DNA of 64,000 bases from an uncultured Clostridia bacterium (GTDB taxonomy: Bacteria; Bacillota; Clostridia; Lachnospirales; Lachnospiraceae), in the NCBI GenBank assembly GCA_948472945.1, contig CAOKVX010000009.1, positions 9,752 to 73,751 of the forward strand, written 5' to 3'. Below, piece after piece: positions 20,301-30,677 of the stretch; position 1 is the first letter of the stretch, and each line of letters opens with the position of its first letter. The translations under genes and the position numbers were made by a program. A model generated the notes under the pieces. That model was not told the origin of the DNA and did not search any database. It was given only the letters and a program-made list of their open reading frames with translations.

Positions 20301-21566
20301 TTGGATGGTAATGCTATTGAAATAAAGAATATTAGTAAAATGTACAAGCTTTATGATAAGAGCAGCGACAGGTTCAAAGAGGCTCTCGGCCTTACAAAAA
20401 AGAAATGTTATCACGAGCACTATGCTCTGAATAACGTCAGTTTTGAAGTTAAGAGAGGAGAGACTGTCGGTATTATCGGAACTAACGGTTCCGGAAAATC
20501 TACAATCCTTAAGATTATAACAGGAGTTTTGCAGCCTACATCTGGAGAATTGAAAGTTGACGGCAGAATATCAGCCCTTTTGGAGCTGGGTGCAGGATTT
20601 AATATGGAGTATACCGGTATTGAAAACATATATCTCAACGGAACGATGATGGGATTTTCGAGGGATGAAATAGACAAGAGAATAGACAGTATACTGCAGT
20701 TTGCCGATATAGGAGAATTTATCAACCAGCCCGTCAAGACATATTCAAGCGGAATGTTTGTCAGGCTTGCGTTTGCCGTGGCGATAAATATAGACCCGGA
20801 AATATTGATTGTCGACGAAGCGCTGTCGGTAGGGGACGTTTTCTTTCAGGTAAAATGTTATCACAAATTTGAGGAATTTAAAAAGCTTGGCAAGACAATT
20901 TTGTTTGTAAGTCATGATTTGGGAAGTATAAGCAAATACTGCGACAGGGTTATACTGTTAAATAAGGGCAATAAAATCTCTGAGGGAATGCCTAAAAAAA
21001 TAGTCGATGAATACAAACAGATTCTTGTAAATAAAGATAATGAACTTGATATAAAAGAAGAGGGAGAATCTGTTAACATAACGGGGGACGACGGAGACTG
21101 GAAAAAAGACCTGCTCATTAACCCGCAGCTTTTGGATTACGGTGAGAAAAAGGCAGAGATTGTGGACTTTGCAGTCATTGATGAGAGCGGCAGAATAACG
21201 TCCAATATAGAAAAGGGAACAGAGTTTGAAATAAAATTTAAAGTAATGTTCCACAAAAAAATTGAAGAACCGATATTTGCATTTACCATAAAGGATATTC
21301 AGGGTACAGAGGTGACAGGAACTAACACAATGTACGAAAATATCTCTACAGGAACGGTTAACGAGGGAGAGGAGCGTGTCGTATCGTTCCGCCAGAAAAT
21401 GAATCTGCAGGGCAGAAACTATGTTTTGGCGTTGGGATGCGTCGGATTTAATGACAGCCATTTTGTAGTTTATCACAGATTGTATGACGTATGTAATATA
21501 AATGTTATTTCAGATAAAAATACAGTTGGTTTTTATGATATGGAATCGGTTGTTTCTGTCAGATAG
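20301..21566 (+). CDS. Polysaccharide ABC transporter ATPase (Wzt/RgpD) with C-terminal Wzt_C-type domain
   Basis: GTNGSGKST, YSSGMFVRLAF, VDEALSVGD; ~170-aa C-terminal domain after the ATPase. Confidence 0.92.
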   Translation: MDGNAIEIKNISKMYKLYDKSSDRFKEALGLTKKKCYHEHYALNNVSFEVKRGETVGIIGTNGSGKSTILKIITGVLQPTSGELKVDGRISALLELGAGFNMEYTGIENIYLNGTMMGFSRDEIDKRIDSILQFADIGEFINQPVKTYSSGMFVRLAFAVAINIDPEILIVDEALSVGDVFFQVKCYHKFEEFKKLGKTILFVSHDLGSISKYCDRVILLNKGNKISEGMPKKIVDEYKQILVNKDNELDIKEEGESVNITGDDGDWKKDLLINPQLLDYGEKKAEIVDFAVIDESGRITSNIEKGTEFEIKFKVMFHKKIEEPIFAFTIKDIQGTEVTGTNTMYENISTGTVNEGEERVVSFRQKMNLQGRNYVLALGCVGFNDSHFVVYHRLYDVCNINVISDKNTVGFYDMESVVSVR

Positions 21567-21577
21567 AGGAGAATATA

Positions 21578-23362
21578 ATGATAATTGATAAAAAAGATGT
21601 TAAGAGATGCGCCGTCTTTGTGTTTTTTGACAAAGACGGCATAGTTGACAGGTATATTGAGACGTTTTTAAACGGAATAAAGGAAAATGTAGAGCGCATA
21701 GTAGTTGTATGTAATGGGGATGTAGACAAACGCGGAATGGAGACGTTCAGAAATATAACAGAAGAGGTTATAGTCCGGCCTAATGAGGGATATGACATTA
21801 CCGCATACAAATGCGGTCTTACTCATGTCTCTTTTGATAGTTTGAAAGAATATGATGAGGTTTTACTGCTCAATTCGACTATGTTCGGGCCTATATATCC
21901 GTTTAGTGAAATGTTTGACAGCATGAACCGAGAGGACATAGATTTTTGGGGAATGACAAATTTCCATGAAGTTCCCTATGACCCGTTCGGAACAATTGAA
22001 TATGGATATATTCCAAAGCATATACAGTCATTTTTTATGGTATTCAGACAGTCTCTGTGCCTTACGGATGATTTTAGGGATTACTGGGAGAATCTTCCGG
22101 AGATAACTGATTACAACGAGGCGATAGGATTTTTTGAAACGGTATTTACGAAAAAATTTGCCGATAAGGGTTACAAGTGGAAAGTGTACGCTGATTCAGA
22201 AGAGCTTGAGGGATACACGTATGACCCGCTAAGGGATTATCCGCGTTATATGATAGAGAAAAAGCGCTGTCCGGTAATGAAAAAGAGAAGTTTTTTTCAT
22301 GATTATGGCGAGGCTTTTTCAAGAAGCGGCGGAGAAGCTGTTAGAGAGGTATACAACTATATTGACAGAGAAACAGGTTATGATACTGACATGATATGGG
22401 AGACGTTGCTCCGCCTGCAGAATATGGCGGATATAAAGAAACGTCTTTCATTAAATTATATACTATCTTCAAGGATGCCGAAGAATACCGAAATTAAAAA
22501 AATTAAAAAGATTGCGCTTGTGATTCATATTTATTTTGAAGACCTGGCGGGGTTCTGCTGCACTTATGCAAAACATATGCCGGAATATGCGGATATATAT
22601 GTCACTGTTCCGACGAAAGAGAAGCTTATCAATGTAAAGAAAGCGTTTGCGGAATTGAATGACAGGAATGTTGAGTTCAGGGTAGTAGGAAACCGTGGAC
22701 GGGATGTGGCGCCGTTTTTGGTTGGATGTAAGAATATAATAGATAAATACGAACTAATATGTAAGGTGCACGATAAAAAGGTATATCAGCTTATGCCGAG
22801 GTCGGTTGGAGCCTCATGGGGCTATAAATGTTTTGAAAATACTCTGAAAAACAAAATATTTATTGAAAATGTAATTAAGACATTCGAGGAGAATCCAAGG
22901 CTTGGAATGCTGGCGCCGCCTGTTCCTAACCACGCACATTACTATCCAACGACGGGAAAGGGTGAATGGGGTGACAATTATCAGGTGACAAAAGAGTGGG
23001 CGCAAAAACTGGGATTCAATGTAGACATTGACAATTCAAAGGAACCGGTTGCGCCTTTAGGTTCAATGTTTTGGGTGCGCACAAAGGCGCTTAAAGGTTT
23101 GTTTGACCATGACTGGCAGTATGAAGAATTTCCGGAGGAGCCTATTGAAACTGACGCAACCGTACTGCACGCGCTGGAGAGGTTATATCCGTTCTGTGTC
23201 CAAAGCGAGGGATATTATTCGGGATGGCTTATGGCTGACAGCTTTGCCCGTATCGAAATAACTAACTGGAAATACATTAATGATAAACTGATACAGGCGT
23301 TGTTTGAAAAGACAGGCATATGCAGTTTTAATGAGTTGATTGACAGGACGAAACATTTATAG
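21578..23362 (+). CDS. Rhamnan synthesis protein F (RgpF) family
   Basis: FVFFDKDGIVD, NEGYDITAY, HIQSFF, HIYFEDL, NRGRDVAPF, GSMFWVR, HALERL. Confidence 0.88.
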   Translation: MIIDKKDVKRCAVFVFFDKDGIVDRYIETFLNGIKENVERIVVVCNGDVDKRGMETFRNITEEVIVRPNEGYDITAYKCGLTHVSFDSLKEYDEVLLLNSTMFGPIYPFSEMFDSMNREDIDFWGMTNFHEVPYDPFGTIEYGYIPKHIQSFFMVFRQSLCLTDDFRDYWENLPEITDYNEAIGFFETVFTKKFADKGYKWKVYADSEELEGYTYDPLRDYPRYMIEKKRCPVMKKRSFFHDYGEAFSRSGGEAVREVYNYIDRETGYDTDMIWETLLRLQNMADIKKRLSLNYILSSRMPKNTEIKKIKKIALVIHIYFEDLAGFCCTYAKHMPEYADIYVTVPTKEKLINVKKAFAELNDRNVEFRVVGNRGRDVAPFLVGCKNIIDKYELICKVHDKKVYQLMPRSVGASWGYKCFENTLKNKIFIENVIKTFEENPRLGMLAPPVPNHAHYYPTTGKGEWGDNYQVTKEWAQKLGFNVDIDNSKEPVAPLGSMFWVRTKALKGLFDHDWQYEEFPEEPIETDATVLHALERLYPFCVQSEGYYSGWLMADSFARIEITNWKYINDKLIQALFEKTGICSFNELIDRTKHL

Positions 23363-25238
23363 AAAAGGAATGAGAGCTTGTATGAAGATAAGTAAAGGCC
23401 AAAATAACAGATGTGGAATATTTTTGTATTATGATAAGCAGGGTGTAGTCGACGATTACGTAATGTACCTGCTGCAATCCATACGGCCATTTTTAGCCCG
23501 GCTGCTCATAGTTGTAAACGGTGAGGTAAATGAGGAGGCGTCAAAAAAATTTAGGGGTGTAGCAGACGAAGTTTTAGAGCGAGAGAATGAAGGGTTTGAT
23601 GTCGGCGGATACAGGGAGGGTATTTTTCATATCGGGCTTGATAAATTAGCAGAGTATGATGAGACTCTTCTGTTCAATTATACATTTTTTGGGCCGTTAT
23701 ATCCGTTCAGTGAAATGTTTGATAAGATGGACGGCATGGATTTGGACTTTTGGGGTATTACCAGACATTATAAGGTGGAAGTTGACCCGTACGGGGTTAA
23801 CCGTTACGGTTACCTGCCGGAACATATACAGTCACATTTTATGGCGCTTCGAAAAGAGTTTATTAAGAGCAGGGATTATATAGATTTTATCACGAAACTT
23901 AAAAATCCAACTTCATATGTTGAGTCAATCTGTGAATATGAGACTATATTTACGAAACATTTTGAAGATTTGGGATATAGATGGGATACCTATGTGGATA
24001 CTTCTGAGTATGAGGGTTATAGTTACTGTCCTATAATGTTTTATATTAAAGATATGTTTATAAAACACAGATGCCCTATAATAAAACGCAGGTCATTTTT
24101 TACGGATTATAATGATTTTCTTTTGAATGGCTGCGGGGAAGCTTCGATTGATGCATATGAATATATGAGGGAACATATTGATTACGACGTCAATATGATA
24201 TGGGACAACCTTTTAAGGCTTGAGAATATCTCTGAGATTGCAAAGGTAATGCATTTCAATTATATGCTGCCCGCAAATGAAAAGTATGTTGTGACCGGAG
24301 CCGGAAAACAGGCGGTATTTATTTACCTTGAAAATACAGGGCGTTATGAAGGATATGTAAAGTATATAGATAATATCCCGGATACGTGTGATTTGTATTT
24401 TGTCGGGACAAAAGAGGCGCTTTCAGATGTAAAAGGGAATAAAAAACCGGAGAGGGATTATGCGGAGTGCTGTATAGAAAGAAATCTTTATATTGAGGCA
24501 TATACGAAATTTGAGTATTACAAAGATAATTATGATTATGCTGCAATGCTTGTAATGTCGGATGTTGAGATTGAGAAGCCGTACAGCAATTACGACTCAT
24601 GGCAGTACCGCGACTGGGAGAACCTTATAGGTACAGAGTGTATCGTGAACAATGTAATTGCCTCGTTTGAAGAAAATGAAAGACTTGGAATGCTGGTACC
24701 TCCGGTACCGAATCATGGCATTCTGTTTGAAAAGCAGGCGGACGGGTGGCAGAATTCCTTTGAAGAGGTCATAAGATTCCTCAATAACAATGGGACGCAT
24801 GTCAGCTGTAAAAAGCAAGAAGCGCCGCAGGCGCCTTTCGGCGGCAGCTTTTGGCTTAGGACAAAGGCGTTTCCAAGGCTTTCGGGTAAGTACGTGGATG
24901 TACGTGACAATATTTTCAGAATGGCTCTGGTATATCTTGTTCAGGAACAGGGCTATTATTCGGGAATATGCTATAACAATGAATTTGCAGCTATAGAGAC
25001 GACTAATCTTGATTATGTAATGAGGGAGCTTAATAAAGCTGTTTTTGAAAAGTACGGCCCGAATTTTCATAATGTAGTAGTAAACAGGATACGTAATAAT
25101 CAAATGTACGGTGATGCTCATGTAGCGGGAAGAAGGGAAAAAATAAAGGTTTTGACGGTCAATATACTTCAAAAGATAATGCCGCGGAAATTGTATGTGA
25201 AAGCGAGACTGCGGTATATGAAAATGAGAGGATGGTAA
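23340..25238 (+). CDS. Second RgpF family protein (paralog; true start probably ~23382)
   Basis: FLYYDKQGVVD, NEGFDVGGY, HIQSHF, GGSFWLR; C-terminal half more diverged. Confidence 0.82.
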   Translation: MTGRNIYRKGMRACMKISKGQNNRCGIFLYYDKQGVVDDYVMYLLQSIRPFLARLLIVVNGEVNEEASKKFRGVADEVLERENEGFDVGGYREGIFHIGLDKLAEYDETLLFNYTFFGPLYPFSEMFDKMDGMDLDFWGITRHYKVEVDPYGVNRYGYLPEHIQSHFMALRKEFIKSRDYIDFITKLKNPTSYVESICEYETIFTKHFEDLGYRWDTYVDTSEYEGYSYCPIMFYIKDMFIKHRCPIIKRRSFFTDYNDFLLNGCGEASIDAYEYMREHIDYDVNMIWDNLLRLENISEIAKVMHFNYMLPANEKYVVTGAGKQAVFIYLENTGRYEGYVKYIDNIPDTCDLYFVGTKEALSDVKGNKKPERDYAECCIERNLYIEAYTKFEYYKDNYDYAAMLVMSDVEIEKPYSNYDSWQYRDWENLIGTECIVNNVIASFEENERLGMLVPPVPNHGILFEKQADGWQNSFEEVIRFLNNNGTHVSCKKQEAPQAPFGGSFWLRTKAFPRLSGKYVDVRDNIFRMALVYLVQEQGYYSGICYNNEFAAIETTNLDYVMRELNKAVFEKYGPNFHNVVVNRIRNNQMYGDAHVAGRREKIKVLTVNILQKIMPRKLYVKARLRYMKMRGW

Positions 25239-25242
25239 TATT

Positions 25243-26151
25243 ATGGATAAAATTGGCGAAGTCACTATGGACTTAACGTATTATACTGGCGATGATAATT
25301 ACAGTGACGGTGATGATGTTGAGAACAGGATTCTGCAGATTGTAAAGGATGAGGAAGGCTATGAGTTCAGCCACAAGGAATATGCGAGCTGGCCGGTTTT
25401 ATACCATCTAAGCAGGCAGAGGGAAAACATTATCGAGCCTATGCGGATTAGTTCTGATGATTCGGTTTTGGAAATAGGGGCCGGAATGGGTGCGGTTACG
25501 GGCGCTATTGCAAAAAAATGTAAACATGTTGACTGTATTGAGCTGTCAAAGAGGCGTTCACTTGTCAACGCATACAGACACAGGGATATGGATAATATCA
25601 ACATAATTGTAGGTAATTTTCAGGATGTTACTATTGATAAGAAATATGATGCAGTTACGTTAATCGGGGTGTTTGAGTACGCATACTACTATATTGATTC
25701 GTCAAATCCATATATTGATTTTCTGTCAAAAATAAGGGATTGTTTAAAGCCCGGCGGAAAAATTTATATTGCTATAGAGAATAAGCTTGGATTAAAATAT
25801 TTTTCAGGATATCACGAGGACCATACCGGTGTTGCCGGAAGCGGAATCGAGGGATACCGCAGGGATGATAAAGTTAGAACATTTTCAAAGTCGCAGCTGC
25901 AGCGCATGCTGACGCAGACAGGCTATGGAAATATTGAATTTTATTATCCGTTTCCGGACTACAAGTTTCCTACGGTTATTTATGACGAGGAAACAATAAA
26001 AAGTATGGAAGTTGATTATGCGAGGAATTCTAATTATGACTCGGATGTATGTATATTTTTTGATCAGGTAAAAGCATTTGGAAATATGTCGGGAACAGAT
26101 GAAATCAGTATTTTTGCCAATTCATTTTTAATTGAGGCAGTAAAGGGGTAG
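25243..26151 (+). CDS. Class I SAM-dependent methyltransferase
   Basis: VLEIGAGMGA motif I, VTLIGVFEYA, IAIENKLGLKY. Confidence 0.88.
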   Translation: MDKIGEVTMDLTYYTGDDNYSDGDDVENRILQIVKDEEGYEFSHKEYASWPVLYHLSRQRENIIEPMRISSDDSVLEIGAGMGAVTGAIAKKCKHVDCIELSKRRSLVNAYRHRDMDNINIIVGNFQDVTIDKKYDAVTLIGVFEYAYYYIDSSNPYIDFLSKIRDCLKPGGKIYIAIENKLGLKYFSGYHEDHTGVAGSGIEGYRRDDKVRTFSKSQLQRMLTQTGYGNIEFYYPFPDYKFPTVIYDEETIKSMEVDYARNSNYDSDVCIFFDQVKAFGNMSGTDEISIFANSFLIEAVKG

Positions 26152-26158
26152 CTGTGAT

Positions 26159-27220
26159 ATGAAACTCAGGTATGTTAAATTTAGTGATGAGCGGAGAAAA
26201 GAATTCTGCATTAAAACGATAATAGCGGGAGATAATGATAATCTTAAAGTATATAAAAAGGCAATATTTGATGAGGGCATAAAACATATACGAGATGTTG
26301 CTAAGAATGCCTCACTGCTTCGCAAATATTATGATACGGAGGTTTGCCGCGTTGTATTGGATGGTGATACGGCTGAGTTCGAATACATAGAGGGAGAGTC
26401 TATGGAACATCGATACATTGCCGCAATGAAAAGGGGAGACATAGAAGAGGTTAAACGGTTACTTTTAATCCATAGAGACATAATAATTGGCAATAAGGAG
26501 AATGAGACTGTTTATTCATATGATGGGAAGGTAAACGGCGTGTTTGGCGACTGCAGTATGTTTGACGGTCAGCATGCGCTTAAATGCTGTAATTATGACG
26601 CAATTGCGGGGAACATTATATTTGTGAATGAAAGTCCCGTGTTTATTGATTATGAGTGGGTGTTTGAATACCCGGTTCCGACCGACGTGGTACTTTATCA
26701 TTGTATCCATAATTTTTATGAGCATTACCCGGAGATGGAAGATTTGTATGCGTTTGATATGGCTATGGAGTATATAGGAGTATTGTCAGATATTGAAGCC
26801 CTAAAAAAGACATACCTCTCATTTTATGACTATGTCACGTCAGACGGAGATACGGAAGGGTTTGCACTTATGAAAGCAATCTGTCTGAAAAATACGCAGA
26901 CAGTTCACGATTTAAAGCGTGAGAATATTGTAAATATGTGCGAGTGTGACCGTCTTCAGGGAGTTATATCGGATATTAACGGACAATTATTGAATAAGAT
27001 GGAAAATGAGATGCGGATGGACATGCAGCTCGAAGCATTAAAAAAGGCTAATGATGAGATGGGCAGAAAAAATTATGAGCTTGAATGTAAGGTTCATGAA
27101 TTAACCGAAGTCGCTAATGAAGCTTTGGAAGCGCTGAATAAGAAAACAGTTTATATAATTGCGAGAAAGGTATACAGGGGATTCAGGTCTATAAGGAGAG
27201 GAATATGCAGAAGAAGGTAA
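26159..27220 (+). CDS. Kinase-like (APH/choline-kinase fold) protein with C-terminal coiled coil
   Basis: Catalytic-loop-like YDAIAGNII and metal-binding-like IDYEW, followed by a heptad-rich segment and a basic amphipathic tail. Confidence 0.65.
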   Translation: MKLRYVKFSDERRKEFCIKTIIAGDNDNLKVYKKAIFDEGIKHIRDVAKNASLLRKYYDTEVCRVVLDGDTAEFEYIEGESMEHRYIAAMKRGDIEEVKRLLLIHRDIIIGNKENETVYSYDGKVNGVFGDCSMFDGQHALKCCNYDAIAGNIIFVNESPVFIDYEWVFEYPVPTDVVLYHCIHNFYEHYPEMEDLYAFDMAMEYIGVLSDIEALKKTYLSFYDYVTSDGDTEGFALMKAICLKNTQTVHDLKRENIVNMCECDRLQGVISDINGQLLNKMENEMRMDMQLEALKKANDEMGRKNYELECKVHELTEVANEALEALNKKTVYIIARKVYRGFRSIRRGICRRR

Positions 27221-28239
27221 GAGAGAGAATTTTTTATTTGGATTTTATAAGAACAATAGCTGTTATCCTTATAATTATTACTCATTACAATGCGGCCTTT
27301 GTATTTGGAATGGAGCCTGCATTGACTGACAGATGCGTAATTACTGAATTTCCGTTTGGTATCTATGTTGGAGATTTGGGTGTTTCGTTATTCCTTATAA
27401 TTTCAGGCGCTGCGCTTATGTATGTCTATGAAGGGGATTTTGACATAAAATTATTTTATAAAAAGCGCTTTTGGGCAATATATCCAATGTTTTGGATTGC
27501 GTATATCGTAGCTGTACTTCCAAGATTGGAGGTCTGGAGAAATTTGGAATACTTTATTCCTAAGTGGAGATATGCCATTACCTTTATAGGAATGGATGGA
27601 TATCTATCGGAATACTGCGATACATTTTATGTTTTAGGAGAATGGTTTTTAGGATTTATAATAATATTTTATTTAATTTTCCCCTTTATAAGATGGCTGA
27701 TTAATAAAAATGAGATTGTTTTTTGGATTGTTATTTTAGTGATTTATGCGTTGTGCCTAAGATTCTATGACATGCAGATGTCGATGTCAAAATTTATATT
27801 TATCCGCCTGCCGGAGTTGTGCTTTGGAATGACTTTCATAAAGCATAGAATGAAACTTAAATGGTATTATATCATTCCTGCGATTGCAATATTAGTAATT
27901 AATACTATTGAAAAACCGCAATTGTCATCGAACATACAGACAACATACATTGGAATTTCATTTTTTCTTGTTTTGGTTTTTATTTCATATTATGTTAATT
28001 ACAGCTTTGTAAATAAAATATGTTCATTTGTCTCAAAGTATTCATATGCAGTATTTTTAGTTCACCATGTTGTTATAGAACATATTCAGGCGGGATTTAA
28101 TCTGGCAAGGTTTTCACCGGAAAAATCATATGTCTTATTTATGGTATCATTAGTATTTATTTTTATTACAGCTGTTCTGCTGAATGCTTCTTCAATGTAT
28201 GTTGTGGATGTTGTTAAGAAAAAATTATGCTGTCAGTAA
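27205..28239 (+). CDS. Acyltransferase family 3 (OafA-like) membrane O-acyltransferase
   Basis: YLDFIRTIA, GVSLFLIISG, FYKKRFWAIYP, WFLGFII, YSYAVFLVH. Confidence 0.88.
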   Translation: MQKKVRERIFYLDFIRTIAVILIIITHYNAAFVFGMEPALTDRCVITEFPFGIYVGDLGVSLFLIISGAALMYVYEGDFDIKLFYKKRFWAIYPMFWIAYIVAVLPRLEVWRNLEYFIPKWRYAITFIGMDGYLSEYCDTFYVLGEWFLGFIIIFYLIFPFIRWLINKNEIVFWIVILVIYALCLRFYDMQMSMSKFIFIRLPELCFGMTFIKHRMKLKWYYIIPAIAILVINTIEKPQLSSNIQTTYIGISFFLVLVFISYYVNYSFVNKICSFVSKYSYAVFLVHHVVIEHIQAGFNLARFSPEKSYVLFMVSLVFIFITAVLLNASSMYVVDVVKKKLCCQ

Positions 28240-28331
28240 ATAAAGGATAATATGTTCAATTTAATGTAATGAATTATTATGATACGTGAGTGCAAAAATA
28301 TAAAATATTAGCATGAAAGGAAGTATTTGTA

Positions 28332-29168
28332 ATGGATATTAAAAAAATTTTGGTAACCGGCGCGTCAGGTTATATTGGAAGACATGTTGTTAAGGAGCTG
28401 CTTAACAGGGGATACTATGTTATTGCAAGCGATTTAAATTATAAGGGCGTAGATGAAAGAGCGGAATTCTCAAATGTCGTCCTGTTTAGCGGAGATAAAG
28501 ATATTTATGAACAGTTTGGACGCCCGGATGTTTTGATTCATATGGCGTGGAGGGATGGATTTATTCATAATGCCGATTCACATATGCTTGATTTGTCAAA
28601 CCATATGGAATTCCTGATGAACATGATAGACGGCGGAGTAAAACTTGTGTCTGTTATGGGCAGCATGCATGAGATAGGATATCATGAGGGCGCGATTACG
28701 TCGGACACGCCGTGCAATCCTCAGTCCATGTACGGTATTTCTAAAAATGCATTGAGACAGGCGCTGTTTTTGTATGGAAAAGGAAAAGATGTGATAATTG
28801 ACTGGCTTAGAGCTTACTATATATTTGGCGATGATTCGAGGGGAAGTTCTATATTTGCAAAGATTGTACAGGCGGTTGAGGACGGAAAAAAGATGTTTCC
28901 GTTTACATCCGGAAAGAATCTGTATGATTTTGTTCATGTAGACGATTTGGCAAAAATGATAGCGGCGTCAAGCACTCAGGATGAGATAAGGGGTATAATC
29001 AATGTGTGTACCGGAAAGCCGGTGTCATTAGCTGAACAGGTAGAAAACTATATAGCAGAGCACGGTTTTGATATTAAGCTTGATTATGGGAAATTTCCTG
29101 ACAGACCGTATGACTCTCCGGGAGTATGGGGAGATGCGTTGGATATTAACAGGATAATGAACAAATAA
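28332..29168 (+). CDS. Extended SDR, resembling dTDP-6-deoxy-L-talose 4-dehydrogenase (Tll-like)
   Basis: VTGASGYIG, HMAWRDGF, MGSMHEIGY, YGISK (YxxxK), WLRAYYIFGDD, RPYDS. Tll resemblance is from recalled motifs, not a search. Confidence 0.65.
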   Translation: MDIKKILVTGASGYIGRHVVKELLNRGYYVIASDLNYKGVDERAEFSNVVLFSGDKDIYEQFGRPDVLIHMAWRDGFIHNADSHMLDLSNHMEFLMNMIDGGVKLVSVMGSMHEIGYHEGAITSDTPCNPQSMYGISKNALRQALFLYGKGKDVIIDWLRAYYIFGDDSRGSSIFAKIVQAVEDGKKMFPFTSGKNLYDFVHVDDLAKMIAASSTQDEIRGIINVCTGKPVSLAEQVENYIAEHGFDIKLDYGKFPDRPYDSPGVWGDALDINRIMNK

Positions 29169-29202
29169 GTAACATGACTGAAAGACAAGTTAGGAGCGTG
29201 AC

Positions 29203-29715
29203 ATGGAGCTGAAAGGTGAAAATATACGCCTTATTCCTATATCGGAAGATGATACGGCAGATATTATAAGATGGCGCAATCATGTTCGCAGTAAATTTAT
29301 TTACAGGGAACTTTTTACGGTTGAGGGCCACACAAAATGGTTAAATGAGATTGTAAAAAAGGGTAAGGCCGTACAGTTTGTTATTGATACGAATTTACAT
29401 GGCAGAATTGGCTCTGTCTTTCTTAGGGATATTGATATGGATAACAGAAAGGCGGAGTACGGAATATTTATAGGTGAAGACGACGCGCTGGGCAAGGGCT
29501 ATGGAACTGAGGCGGCAAAGCTGATTATAAGATATGGATTTGAGGAATTAAAACTTCACAAAATTGTGCTGCGAGTTTTCGCATTTAACAAAGGCGCAGT
29601 TAAAAGCTATGAAAAGGCAGGATTTGTACAGGAAGGTTATTTGAAGGATGAGATATTCATTGAAAATAATTATTACGATATTATTTTGATGGGTATAATT
29701 GATGGAGATAATTGA
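29203..29715 (+). CDS. GNAT N-acetyltransferase (probable nucleotide amino-sugar acetyltransferase)
   Basis: AEYGIFIGE, GKGYGTEA acetyl-CoA loop, GFVQEG; same module as the WecE aminotransferase. Confidence 0.78.
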   Translation: MELKGENIRLIPISEDDTADIIRWRNHVRSKFIYRELFTVEGHTKWLNEIVKKGKAVQFVIDTNLHGRIGSVFLRDIDMDNRKAEYGIFIGEDDALGKGYGTEAAKLIIRYGFEELKLHKIVLRVFAFNKGAVKSYEKAGFVQEGYLKDEIFIENNYYDIILMGIIDGDN

Positions 29716-30677
29716 AGGAGAATACAATGGACAAGGTATCGTTTGTCATTCCGTGTTATGCTTCGGAAAAAACTATTGAGTCGGTTATAAAAGAATTAGA
29801 TGAGGAAATGAAATCCGTTGCAGAATATGAATGGGAATATGTTTTGGTTAATGACTGTTCGCCGGATGGGACATTTGAAAAAATTAAGGAATTATGTGAA
29901 TTACATTCAAATATTAAGGGTATTAACCTTGCAAGGAATTTTGGGCAGCACGCCGCTTTGATGGCAGGTTTTAACCATGTCTCAGGGGATATTGTGGTCT
30001 GTCTTGACGATGACGGTCAGACTCCCGGAAACGAGGCGGGAAAGCTTATATCTAAAATCGGGGAAGGCTATGACGTTGTATATGCGCAATATGAAAATAA
30101 AAAACATTCAGGTTTCAGGAATCTGGGCAGCAGGATTAACAGCAAGATGACGGAAAGTTTGTTGGATAAGCCGAAAGATTTGTTTATATCAAGTTATTTT
30201 GCTGCAAAAAGATTCATTATAGATGAAATGATAAAGTATGAACATGCTTTTCCATATGTAATAGGCCTTGTTTTAAGGTCAACAAAAAATATTACTAATG
30301 TTCAGGTCAGCCACAGGAAAAGAACGGAGGGTAAATCAGGATACTCTTTAAAAAAACTGGTTTCGTTATGGGCCAACGGCTTTACTGCATTTTCGGTTAA
30401 GCCTTTGAGGCTTGCTACCTGTCTTGGATTTCTGGCTGCCTCTATAGGGTTTATTTCTTCAATAGTTTTGGCAATACGGAAACTGATGCATCCTGCAGAG
30501 ATTATGCTTGGGTGGAGTTCTACAATGTCTGTAATGTTGATTCTTGGGGGAATAATACTTATTGTATTGGGAATTATAGGAGAATATATCGGAAGATTGT
30601 ATATGTGCATGAACAGGGCGCCGCAGTATATTATTAGGGAAAGGGTAGGTGCCTTTTATGAAAAAAAAGAACGGTGA
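29712..30677 (+). CDS. GT2 polyprenol-phosphate glycosyltransferase (GtrB/ArnC-like)
   Basis: VNDCSPD, LARNFGQHAALMAG, CLDDDGQ, two C-terminal TM helices, GEYIGR. Confidence 0.88.
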   Translation: MKENTMDKVSFVIPCYASEKTIESVIKELDEEMKSVAEYEWEYVLVNDCSPDGTFEKIKELCELHSNIKGINLARNFGQHAALMAGFNHVSGDIVVCLDDDGQTPGNEAGKLISKIGEGYDVVYAQYENKKHSGFRNLGSRINSKMTESLLDKPKDLFISSYFAAKRFIIDEMIKYEHAFPYVIGLVLRSTKNITNVQVSHRKRTEGKSGYSLKKLVSLWANGFTAFSVKPLRLATCLGFLAASIGFISSIVLAIRKLMHPAEIMLGWSSTMSVMLILGGIILIVLGIIGEYIGRLYMCMNRAPQYIIRERVGAFYEKKER

